The notes beneath the pieces are model-generated. The model was not told the DNA's origin. It did not search any database and saw nothing but the letters and a program-made list of their open reading frames with translations. The position numbers and the translations under genes were made by a program. A stretch of DNA of 54,613 nt, counting the filler, from Jimgerdemannia flammicorona (lineage: Eukaryota): assembly GCA_003990765.1 (NCBI GenBank). It is 2 parts of 2 records of this genome, joined end to end, with 100 filler letters (N's around TTAATTAATTAA, not from the genome) between each part and the next. Parts side by side here need not be neighbours in the genome. Positions count along the whole stretch, not along the records: positions 1 to 27,268 come from RBNJ01000646.1; 1 more part is not named here. One strand, written 5' to 3'. Below are positions 13,322 through 24,271 of this stretch, one piece after another; position 1 is the first letter of the stretch; every line of letters begins with the position of its first letter.

Positions 13322-16300
13322 ATGCTGTCCAACGACATTATTGATCGTCTTGATTACCCTGGTCAATATCCATTCCACTACTTTGCATCTTCACATACTT
13401 TTTTAATGAACTAAATTTCCATTCTCTTCCTCTCACCAGTGTACTGGAGCAGGCCTCATACCGAATGGGGTTCGATTGTCGATTGGGACATGTTTTATAT
13501 TGATCAAATGCCAGGCAGTACACTGCGTGATTCCCATCAAGCACTGGCAAGGGATCTGAATACGCTTATCGACAACCTCCTTACTAAAAGCCGTGAATGT
13601 CAGAAAGCTAAATCTCTCCAGGCCCTTTTGAATGTCAGTGCATCTTTTTTTTTTTTTTTTTTCTTCTCCAGTCACAAGTATAGTGCAGCTCTGCTTAACC
13701 ACACCCTGCGACTGCGGTCGAGCGACTTTGTCGTGTAAGGCACCCTGCGGCGTGCCTGAAGTGGGAAGTGTGTTACGGTCTAGACTTTTAGTCACATCGT
13801 ATCATGCGCGGTTGAGCCAAGTTAGAAGCGTGCATGTTCTTGTCCGGAGTGCTTAACCACACCCTGCGACTGCGGTCGAGCGACTTTGTCGTGTAAGGCA
13901 CCCTGCGGCGTGCCTGAAGTGGGAAGTGTGTTACGGTCTAGACTTTTAGTCACATCGTATCATGCGCGGTTAAGAAATCGTTCTCTTGACTTTATACACA
14001 TTGTAATGATAAACATATTACTAAAGCATTTTTTATTCTGCCGCTTTTTCAGAAAAAGCCTTCAAGTGGTATATGGCATCATTCGCATGAGCTTGAAAAA
14101 TTATCCGTGCGTGAAAGGCTAGAAAAGGTGAGTGAAACTTTTAATAGTTTTTTATTCAGATCTCGATGTGAATTTTCATACTTTCTTATACGTACATAGC
14201 GGAAAGCTGAAAGTCAAGCTATAGCATATGCTACAGAAAACGCCTCTAAGAAGCTTAGGACACATGCACAAGTGCAGGGGCAAAAGGTTCGTAAAATTGT
14301 AGTTGTATTGTAATCCTTCTGGTAAATGAGAAATTGATTAACATTATTTACAAAGGTGGCCGAGCGCGGCAACGTTGCTCTCTCGTCTGTTGAAGTTGAA
14401 GAGCAAAAGGTAAGTTTATTGCTCTGATCTGGCCAAAATGTTTAAAGTGCGATCATTGTTACATATTTATCCGGTCTTTTGCCGGCGTCGAGAATGAACT
14501 TGTTGATGCTGTCCTGAAATCAAAGCGGAAGCATTCGGTTGATAACTTCTAATAACATCTTTATTCGATCTAATCATACAGGATATTGCAGATGACCACG
14601 AGCAGGAAGAGAACACCGAGGAATCTGTATCAGAACCAAACATCAAAGATCAAGACGAGGTAAAGCTTTAATTCTTAATTTTATTCGGGATCGTTGATGA
14701 TGGACAATTATGTTTTACACAGTTTTTTCGAAACCTCAAATTAAATTATTCTCTTTTATATTATAGGATCTTCAAAAAGCTTGGGAATTTGAACGGTCAA
14801 TTCCTGGCTGGCTTGGATGTATCCACCAACATCGCAAAAAGGTTACCACTGCAAGTGATTCCACCTTGCAAAGCCAAACAGCATCCAAGTGAGTTCAAAT
14901 GGATATGGTGTTTATGGTTTTTCCATGAGCCGAATATCTTATTCCAAAATTTCCTTGTGGTAGTGTCATTTCATGGCATATTATAGACGCGTGTGATTTG
15001 AAATTAACCGATATCATCACGCAGCAAGAGTTCTTGGAACTACAAAACGACATAACTTCTTATCTGCCATCGGGATGGATGGTGTTGGAGCCCCCAGCTG
15101 AAAGATGCCTTTATTCCATTTCAATGGTTGGTAATTATGTCAAATATGTATTGCCCGTTGTTCTCTTCAATTCATTAACTCGACTTTAACTTCCAGCTGA
15201 ACAAGAAAGAACTAAAGAAAGTGGCCAAGACTGTGTTATATGATGGCATTCGCGGGGCCATAAAGGAGATTCGAAAGATTCCGGCTATTCGAAGCAAAGA
15301 CAAGAACGAAAACGAAAACCCCTTCCTTGACTCCCAATTTATCAATGATACAACTTCCGATGATAAAATTATCCAAGAAGACGATTATAACCACCCAGAT
15401 GTCTGTTACATCCTCGAACTCCTTCGCTATACGTGAGTATGGGAATCTGATATATGGCCGGTTCCTTGAAATAACTATAATTTACTTATATGGACACATT
15501 TCTCAACTAGGTACAAGATGATCAGCAAGAAGATACCGCAGCGGACAAATTCTGAGCGGGATATTGACATATTTTTTAAATCTCATATGTTTTCCTGCTT
15601 CGATGACATCTTGGATACGCATTTGTATGTTCAATTTGTTGATTTTCGTGTGCTGTACATGGCTGATGCTCATGAATCCTTTATTACCATTCACATCAGC
15701 GGAGAGGTTGTGTCTAGGGCCTCACGGAATCGTCGTATGCAAGCAATCGATGCATCTGCTGACGCGGAAGGCTATCATTTGGACTGGATTTTTACGGTAT
15801 ATATCTGCTACTTTCTGCTTCTTGTCCTGGATCGTTGCAATGGTTATTGACATTCCTGCACACAGAAACACGACCTTGCGAAGAACCTTACCTGGGGACA
15901 AGAGTTTTCTCTCTGCGAGCGGGCAGGGTCTAAAATTGAAAACGGCAGAAAGATCCTTGATAACACGCTCAAGGTGCAAAAAACACTTCGGGACATGCAC
16001 CGAACGTTACTAGATACCTTGTCTGAAGCCGGTGGTGGAGTTCTCCCCGCAAAAATTATTCAAGCTTTCGGGAAATTGCTTCTGCCTGGATTTGTTTCAT
16101 CCGGGTTCTTCGTTCGGGTTTTGTTGAATGTGTACCTCGGTGGTGGGTACTACGGGTCCACAAAGCTGGCAGAATTTGATATTCCCACCCTGTCGGAGGA
16201 GTTGGGTCGGGTTGTAACGATGGCACGGACAATGTTGAATGTTAAGGTAAACGGAAAGTAAATTCTTTTTTTTTTTTTTTTTTATTTTTGTTGATTTTTT

Positions 16301-16490
16301 TTTTTTTTTTTTTTACTTTTGCTGACGTGCTTTGTTTGTTTCAATGTAGAATATCCTCAGACAAACTATAAAAACTTTCGCATTGATGAAGGAAGCCGCC
16401 GGGAAGCGACGTCATTCTATGGACGACGTGTTGGTGCCGCCAAGAGTCAAGGAACAGGTGACCCCTAAAAAATTACGGTCAAAAAAGTAG
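13322..16490 (+). CDS. Intact multi-exon protein with C-terminal restriction-endonuclease-like PD-(D/E)xK fold (Crinkler-associated REase-like); transposon cargo
   Basis: About 14 exons splice in frame: MLSNDIIDRLDYP-VYWSRPHTEWGSIVDWD...SERDIDIFFKSHMF...F-GEVVSRASRNRR...GYHLDWIF-...QEFSLCERAG...TLKVQKTLRDM...VTPKKLRSKK*. The GE..S.AS..RR / G..D / E....E.G pattern resembles REase-fold proteins expanded in early-diverging fungi. Confidence 0.7.
13692..13971. repeat. Two identical 122-nt self-complementary repeats (13692-13813, 13850-13971) separated by a 36-nt unique spacer, intronic
   Basis: Direct comparison shows the two copies are identical. The spacer 13814-13849 is GAGCCAAGTTAGAAGCGTGCATGTTCTTGTCCGGAG. 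Each unit has several hairpins. Confidence 0.93.
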
Positions 16491-18024
16491 GATAGTAGCT
16501 AGTTGGCGGTAAGGGAAGTGAAAGACAGCATGAAGCTTTTCACGGTTCGGCAAGAAGTCAAATGAATACGATTATGGTTTTTCATGTATTTCGGGGCAAG
16601 TAGGACAACTATAATGGGCTGTCTTGTATTATTGTGAGCAGAGTGCGTGTATTAAAACGTGTTGATATCATTTGTGAGAGTTTATGCAAAAGACAGGGCT
16701 TGTGAAAAAGTTGTCGTTTATCCAAGTCATCAAAGATATATAATGAAAATGATATAGGACTATATATAAAAATAAGTATGAAACTAATTTACATAAAGTC
16801 CACTATAGAACTGAAAAACTATAGTATCATTAGGAGCATTTTGAAACAAGAGCAAGGTGAGAAACTTGCTCTGTATGTTTTCAAAGTGTCTGATATTAAA
16901 ACCATTCAAGAATATTTTGATAAAGAGAGGATTACTTATGAAATTTATCAACAATTACATGACTATTTCAATAAAAGCATAAATCTCCCTCATCAAAAAG
17001 ATACATATTTCTGAATTAAATATTAAGAAGCAAGAATTAACAGAAATATTCCAAGAATTAAGAAAGAAAGGAAAAATATCAGAAGAGTAAAAAATTGCAT
17101 AAGCATATATATAAGAGTATTCCTATATATTCTTTAATCTACTATGTAGTGAAAATTTAACAAAATCAGACAAACTGTATATAAAATATAAATATATGGT
17201 AAACAATACAATTTTGAATAAATATGAGAAAGCTTTGCAATTTTTAGAAGTAGGCTATGGCTGTGGTTACTTGACTAAGATACTCAAAGAAGAATTTGCT
17301 AAATTGTATAAAGCTTTTTAAGCTCTTAGTAAGCCTGAACAAGATATTTTCTTAATGGCCTAACTCAGATCTATAGATAGGAGAGTGATCAATACTAATC
17401 AATATCTCAAGAACAAGACTTACATCAATAAGAGAACTATTTACTACTAGAATCATAATACCCCTATTTACCAAAAAAAAACTTACCTCAATATGCTTAA
17501 CATTGGCTATAATTATTTTGAAAATATCTGAAATCACTTGCTCAAAAATAGTCTTCTATTGTGAGTTTACAGTAATATAAAGAGAATGTCACAGTGAAAA
17601 CCCAAGATAGTTATTAATAAAGATGTGGCTACTGTAGTGAAAAATTTTCTCTTAAATTATACCAAAGTCTATAGTTTATTTAGTCCAGTCAGAAATATTA
17701 ATTGAGTTATCTAATTAATTATCTTTTTACTAGCAGAAATGAGCTATAAGTCCATTTACTGTGATTTTTTAGCTGGCCTAGAAGAGGATAATACTCTGTA
17801 TATACTCAAATATGATGTTTTTTGCAAACTATAGTATCAGTTAACTCTGTATATCCAAATTATAAGCCCCTAAATAGATTTATGTGATACTTGTCAATAC
17901 TTATAGAATAACTTATAATTCAAAGCTCATAAAGAAGAAGAGGCTCAGGATTTATTAAAGAGATATAAAGAGCATCTCATCAAAGCTAAGTTAGAATGAA
18001 ACTATTATAACAAAAATATAAAGT

Positions 18025-19537
18025 CAATCGCACATCTCTCTCTGGTACAATTTGCGTTATACAAACTTCAAGCAATGGTTTTATATACAACTCGGAGAAA
18101 CAAACATGGGCAATATGGGCAACACAGACAACACGGGCAAGACAGACAAGACAGGTAAGATGGCAAGACGGGCGACATGGGCAAGATGGGCAAGATGGGC
18201 AAGATGGGCAAGACAGGCAAGACGGGCAAGATGGGCAAGACGGCAAGACGGCAAGACGGGTGACATGGGCAAGACAGGCAAGACAGGCGAGACAGGCAAG
18301 ATGGGCAAGATGGCAAGACGGTAAGACGGGCGATATGGGCAAGATGGGCAGATGGCAAGACAGGCGATATGGGCAAAATGGGCAACATGGGCAACATGGG
18401 CAACATGGGTAACACGGGCAACACGGGCAACACGGGCAACATGGGTGGGCAAGATGGGCAAGATGGGCAAGATGGGCAAGATGGCAAGATGACAAGATGG
18501 GCAATATGGACAAGATGGGCAAGATGGGCAAGATGGGTAAGATGGGCAAGACGGGCAAGACAGGCAAGATGGCAAGATGGGCAATATAGGCAAGATGAGC
18601 AGATGGTAAGACAGGAGATATGGGCAAGATGGACAAAATGGGCAAAATGGGCAAAACAGGCAATATGGGCAACACTAGCAACACAGGCGGGTAACATGAG
18701 CAATACGGGTGGGCAATATGGGCAACATAGGCAGATAACATGGACAACATGGGCAACATGGGCAACACGGGCAACACGGGCAACACGGGCAATACGGGTA
18801 ACACAGGCAGGCAATACGGGCAACACGGGCAATATGGGCGGGTAACATGGGCAACACAGGCAACATGGGCAATACGGGCAACACAGGCGGGCAAGATGGG
18901 CAAGAAGGGCAAGACAGCAAGATGGGCGACATGGGCAAGATGGGCAGACAGCAAGACAGGTGATATGGGCAAGATGGGCAAAACAGGCAAAACAGGCAAA
19001 ACGGGCAACACGGGCAACATGGGCAACACGGGCAACACGGGCAACATGGGCAACATGGGTAGGCAAGACGGGCAAGATGGGCAACACAGGCAACATGGGT
19101 AATACGGGCAAGATGGGCAAGATGGGTAAGATGGGCAAGATGGGCAATATGGGCAGGCAACACAGGCAATACAGGCAACATGGGCGGGCAAGATAGGCAA
19201 GATGGGCAAGACGATAAGATGGCAATACGGGCAACATGGGCGGGCAAGATGGGCTAGATGGGCAAGACAGGAGGCACTAATAGGGGTAGGTCAGGTGCAC
19301 TAGATGCCAAGTACTTGAGGTGGTTGGGGCTCACAACCCATACCCACTGAGTAGGGTAGGCCAGGTAGGAGGATCTAGTTACTTGAGCAGTGAGGTCGCA
19401 ACTCACACCCTAAAGGTGCAAGACTAGGAGTGGGTTGAGATTGGGGTAGAATGGGACTACTGATGTTGTATGAGGATATGTGGCATGTTATAGATAGTTA
19501 ATAAATGAGTAATGAGAGAAAAAAAAAAAAAAAAAAA
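18025..19537 (+). mobile_element. Poly(A)-tailed retro-insertion (non-LTR-mediated) consisting mostly of a minisatellite
   Basis: TSD AAAAATATAAAGT at 18012-18024 and 19538-19550. AATAAA at 19500, with poly(A) from 19519. The transposase frame resumes across the insertion (NYYNKNIK|LAEEQE). Confidence 0.8.
18100..19270. repeat. 9-bp-unit minisatellite (GGCAAGATG / GGCAACATG / GGCAACACG variants)
   Basis: More than 100 degenerate tandem units. They account for the many overlapping repetitive ORFs here. Confidence 0.95.
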
Positions 19538-20300
19538 AAAAATATAAAGTTGGCAGAAGAACAAGAAAACTCATCAATCAATATTCACTGATAAATATTA
19601 GGTTTTAATATTACAGTATTGATACTATAGCTCATTATAGTTATAACTGAGCCCAAAATGTCTACATCTCTCATTCTGATCAACAAATTGATAAAGTGTA
19701 TTATCTTAGTGCTTATAAAGTGCACTTGTTTAGTATCAGAATAAAGCAGTAAGAGAATAAATTAACTATATACTAGATGAGAATGAATAGCTTGAAAAAG
19801 ATCTCAATAGTACATTTAGCCTAGTCTTTGATAGAATCAAGCAATTGAATAAAGGTAAAAAGTACTTAAAAATTACTTATGATAATATATATAGATAAAA
19901 CAAAAATAATATTACTCTTTGATTTTACCTGTATCTGATAATTACTGATTATTATAAAATTATTAAATTAAACTTTATGATTCTAAGCTATACTAAATTC
20001 AAATATAATAGTAGCTTTAGACTGATCAAAAGACTTTATCACAAGACTATAGTAAACTGTGTAGATTATATTATAGATGTAATAAAAAGGTCCAGTATTG
20101 CTGGACTAAATAAAGCTCAACATTATAATAGTAATGAAGGTTTTTATTATTATATATGATATTATAAATAGTCTAAAAACTTATTTTAAAAAATTATCTG
20201 GCCTACAAAAGTTTCAATATTTTCTTTTTACCAATACTAATTCCAGAGTAATCAAAGCCCAAGAAGTCACAAATAGACCTTTTCAAGAATTCAAGCTATT

Positions 20301-20329
20301 GATCCATTAAAAAAAAAAAAAAAAAAAAA
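20301..20329 (+). mobile_element. Minimal 5'-truncated retro-insertion (8 nt plus poly(A))
   Basis: AATTCAAGCTATT is duplicated at 20288-20300 and 20330-20342 around GATCCATT(A)n. Confidence 0.7.
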
Positions 20330-22370
20330 AATTCAAGCTATTAAAGACTAGTAAATTTGAAGCTTCTAAGTCTATAGAAAAAATCAAAGCTTTGTTATTT
20401 TCAGTACTTAAGCCTCTTTCTATAGAATTGAAATATCAGAAGTACCTTTATCATAATATTTATCTCTTTATCTGAGATGAATTTAAAGATATTACTTATC
20501 TCAAGTCAGTATAAAAAGTAATTAGATAATAATTAACTTTTATTTCTCTTTTTTATTTTCTCAATAACTAGTAAATAAGTAGTTAATGAAATAATAATTA
20601 TAAAAACTACTCCTAATCTAATTCAAGGAGTTTAATTGGTATTTGGCTCCTCTATTTTATTAGTTTCCAATCCAGTTAATTTTTCTCTTTTGGTTTATAG
20701 TTCTTGTTTTTATTCTGAAGTTTGATTAATAATCTTTTCTAACTCTTTAATTCTCAGTCATACTTCAGTAATTTTCTCTCTTTTTTCCTTTGCTTTCTCT
20801 GAAATAAGTAAATGGATATATATATCTTTTTTTTTGTATTTTAGATAATCTTTATTATCTTTTTATTTAGTATAGTAAGTTTTGGGATCTCTTATTTTTT
20901 TTAGCAATTCTTTTATCTTCCATTATGTCTTAAAATTGACTATTTTTTGTAGATCTATATTGTCTTTATTATTTTTGCAATTTGAATCTAGGAAATAAAA
21001 ATTATTAGATTTTATATTCTAGATATTTCTCTTTATAACTTGCAGGGATTTCTACTTCTTTTCTTCATAGTTTTGCAGTCTTTTCTTTAAGTTCACATCT
21101 AATTACTAAATCAGTGATAAATGATCTAATTTCCATTTTTTGGATGAGTTTCTGACAGACTTCTCCAATTTGGTCTCAAGTTTTTTGATCAACTACATTG
21201 ATATTATTAGATAAGTGATTTTTGGTAAAGATAGTTATATTTCCTAATTTGCAGTATAATTTGGTAACAATTTTGCTTCTTTCTACAATAATAGTATTAT
21301 TTTCTATTATATTGAATTTTTTTTTTACTTGCTCAGTTCCTTCTAGGGAGAAAGCTTTTTATGATATTCTTTTAATTTCTAAACTTTTATAATTCTTCTT
21401 ATATATATTTGGGAACTATTTATATATAAAAATAAGGTGGATTTTGGATAGCAAGTTTTTCTATTAATATACTTACTTTATAATCTGCTGGATTATATAC
21501 TGGATTAATCTTTTTAATAATATCTTTAAGTATAGATAAAATATCTACTCATTCTTGCCTAGCTACTTCCCTAAGGTTTTCAGTATAATGTTTGGTATAC
21601 AATACTATATGAGCTTTGGAGTTTTGTTTTAAAACCACACCAGTGCTTACAGTTCTCTTTAAATTAGAGACCAGAGATTTAAGTATTTCTTTTTTTGCTA
21701 ATTTTATTTTATCACATATATATATGATAAACTATTTTACTTCTTTTAGCACTTTTGAGACAAATATAACTCAGAGTGTTATTTGGTTTTTAGGTAAAAT
21801 GTTGAACTATTTTGCCCCATTTGATTTGTTTGTGGTAATTCTGATATTATAAATATTTATACCTACAACTATCTTCATAAGCAGTAATATCTCAATTTAA
21901 TATAATTTTGCATTAAGGACAAAATATAGTTATTCTATCTCATCTGCCACTTCCTTTAGTTCTAAGCAATCTTATCCAAAAAGGTCAATTAAAATTTTCT
22001 TTTTTCTTACATTTTTCTAAGGCCTTGTGAAAGAACTTTATTTTATTTTTCTCTCAATCTTTATTAGTATTTTTATCTAACTCTTTTTGTAAGAGAGTTT
22101 TGGTACATTCTTAGTAACAAAACTCAATTTTTTCTTATTCTTCTTTATCTTATCAATTGATAGTTAATCTCTCTTTAATATTATTATAATTAAAACATTC
22201 TTTTTTTATGATAATTTTTTTTACTAAAAAAAAAAAAAAAATACAGAGAGATAATAATAAAGAAACATCAAAGCAAAGAATTGTGGATTATATTTTAACT
22301 TGCTTATTATAATTATCATGTATAATGATATTGAATGATTGATTAAAAGACTACCTAAATGATATCAAAT

Positions 22371-22404
22371 GTTCACTTTGTCTGGTTTTGTTACAGCACA
22401 CCCC
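22371..22404 (-). repeat. Right terminal inverted repeat
   Basis: GTTCACTTTGTCTGGTTTTGTTACAGCACACCCC followed by ATAT. Confidence 0.9.
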
Positions 22405-22861
22405 ATATCATATTTATTTATAAATATAATCAATAATCTTAATAATAAAGTTTATAAATAATTAAAACTATTTTTAAAGCTAATATTTGTTGTTTTAACT
22501 TACATCCTGAAATTATTTTAAAACTTATATTTTTTATATAAAATGTACTACCATATTTATAACCTTATAATTTATCTGACTATTTGATATCTAACTTCAA
22601 TAAAGTAAGATAAAGATATTAATAATAAATAACACAAGATAATATGATTTAAAGAGAGATATTTTTCGAAATAAAAAAGATAAAGTAGACAAATATATTG
22701 TCAGAGATGTACAGAAGCAAGATATACCATTGGCTAATACTGTATCTGAGTCCAACTCAAAGTCTCTTGCAAACTTTTGAAGAGGCTTGTGCCTGTTTTA
22801 TGGCGAAGTGGTAAATTTTCAACAACCATAGAGCCGAGGCCACCTCTGTCCGTCACACGAC

Positions 22862-22921
<60 letters not shown>

Positions 22922-23640
22922 CCCTTTCTATGCTTTTGTTCATAAGTAACATCGCCGGGTCGCTACTCGAGGTTTGAGTAATCCCAAAGTACAAACCCAT
23001 CAACGTCTCCCGGGCGTGACGGACCGCTGGCGACAACCCTCCGAGCGCACAAACGTATCGTCGTTCAGATGGCGGTTCGAGGCGGCGGGAGGTATTCGTC
23101 CCGTCTGGGACGACAATGCTCTCCTGAGCAGAAGCGGAAAATTCTGTTCCGGTAGGTCTGTTTTCCGGAGAGATGGACATCCCCTAAGTCGGTGTGGTGG
23201 AATGGGAACAGCTACCGTTTGCCAAAAAAAAAAAAATGGTTACGTCATTAAGTGGGCCAATGCAACCTCGAGTACCACATGCCATTCGAGAGGTGTATAT
23301 AACACGAGGAATGTGTTTAAAGAGTGGACAGGTGAGGGATATATCATCGGGGGTTTCTTTCCAATCAACCATGTCACACCAAAACCAACTAGCGTCAGGC
23401 GCATTTTATTGGAGCTGGCAAGTTTGATGATGGAAGCAGATCGCAAACGGTGTACAATCATGGATAGAAAATAGCGTCGATAGCAATGTGCATGGATGGA
23501 GGTCGAATTAATTGTGGATGTGCTGTGTGGATGATCAACCCGACCTTACTAAAGTCGTATATTTTCTATCGCTCACAAAACGACGAACCGTTCCAACCTT
23601 CTTACCCTTCCAACAAATCCATGGACTATTGTCTCTTTGG

Positions 23641-24126
23641 CTATTCTAACCCTTCGATCCTTCTCTCCTCCTTCTCTTTTTGGGTTTTCCGGTACGTATC
23701 GAGTTTTTTCTTTTCTTCTGGTTCCGGCCGCCTCCTCCACCCCTTCAACTTCCTCTTAACCGTCTGCTCGTAGAGTTTCGATTTTTCGGTCTCCCATTCT
23801 TCTTTGAACTCAGGCTTATCGACGTCAGGCTTGGTAGGCCAAGTAAAATCGTCGTCTAAAGTGACGATGGCCTTCTTGTAGGCACCCTCCCGTCGGATCT
23901 CCTTGCCCCCGCGGCGAGTGATTTGCGTGGCATAGTTCATGGTGCGGATGTCGAGGATCTTGACGCCGTAGATGTTGGTCAGGTAGGAGAAGATGTCGAA
24001 TTTATTACACCGGGGCGGCACCCGAAAGACCACCTGGTTAGCCGGGAGTGTCGGGCTGCGCACCATCCTAAAGATGAGGTTGGGGAACCAGACTTCCCTT
24101 AAGCCTTGGCCGAAGCTCCTGCTCAT
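23641..24126 (-). CDS. MRP20: Mitochondrial ribosomal protein uL23m (Mrp20)
   Basis: VWFPNLIFRMVR...VVFRVPPRCNKFDIFSYLTNIYGVKILDIRTMNY...YKKAIVTLDDDFTWP matches the L23 family pattern. Single exon. Confidence 0.9.
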   Translation of the reverse strand: MSRSFGQGLREVWFPNLIFRMVRSPTLPANQVVFRVPPRCNKFDIFSYLTNIYGVKILDIRTMNYATQITRRGGKEIRREGAYKKAIVTLDDDFTWPTKPDVDKPEFKEEWETEKSKLYEQTVKRKLKGWRRRPEPEEKKKLDTYRKTQKEKEERRIEGLE

Positions 24127-24271
24127 GTTTGCAATTCGAGGTGCGGAGGGACGCGTACAGTTTCCAAGACAACACAGGTAGTTTGTGACGTCTCATCGGA
24201 TTTGATTTTTCTTTTTTTGAACGATCGGGTGGCTTGAACTCATTGCCAATACCTTCTGTACCTTCTTCGCC
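24127..24271. promoter_or_regulatory. Short bidirectional promoter shared by MRP20 and UTP15
   Basis: 145 bp between head-to-head ATGs. Contains TGACGTC and the PAC-like CTCATC around 24186-24197. Confidence 0.55.

Larger units (their letters stand above)
16778..20560 (+). pseudogene. Decayed Sola-type DDD transposase, interrupted by two retro-insertions
   Basis: Motifs are recognisable despite stops: YSLFSPVR (~HGLPSPGR), IDLCDTC, AHYSYN*AQNV..SDQQ..VYYLS..KVHLF (~SYDWAQ), DNIYR*NKNN (~DNC.GQNKNN), FMILSYTKFKYNSSF (~FMIPGHTKF.CD..F). Boundaries are approximate. Confidence 0.75.
13151..22404 (+). mobile_element. Large Sola-type (Sola2-like) cut-and-paste DNA transposon carrying a cargo gene
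   Basis: Inverted repeats 13151-13184 (GGGGCGTGCTGTAACAAAACCAGACAAAGTGAAC) and 22371-22404 match at 33/34 positions and extend imperfectly to ~46 bp. Both are flanked by ATAT (13147-13150, 22405-22408). A decayed Sola-like transposase lies inside. Confidence 0.78.

Noticed and set aside
13692..13971. Calling the repeat-spacer-repeat a CRISPR array, 5S rRNA or tRNA
   Set aside because: The repeats are 122 nt with only two units and there are no cas genes in this eukaryotic context. There is no 5S/tRNA sequence signature and no hammerhead CUGAUGA/GAAA core.
17986..19247. Long Pro/Leu/Cys-rich ORFs (up to 407 aa) on the minus strand
   Set aside because: They are by-products of a 9-bp minisatellite with few stop codons.
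22734..23474. ORFs between the transposon and MRP20, including a poly-Lys/Phe stretch
   Set aside because: They depend on a poly(T) tract and show no protein features.
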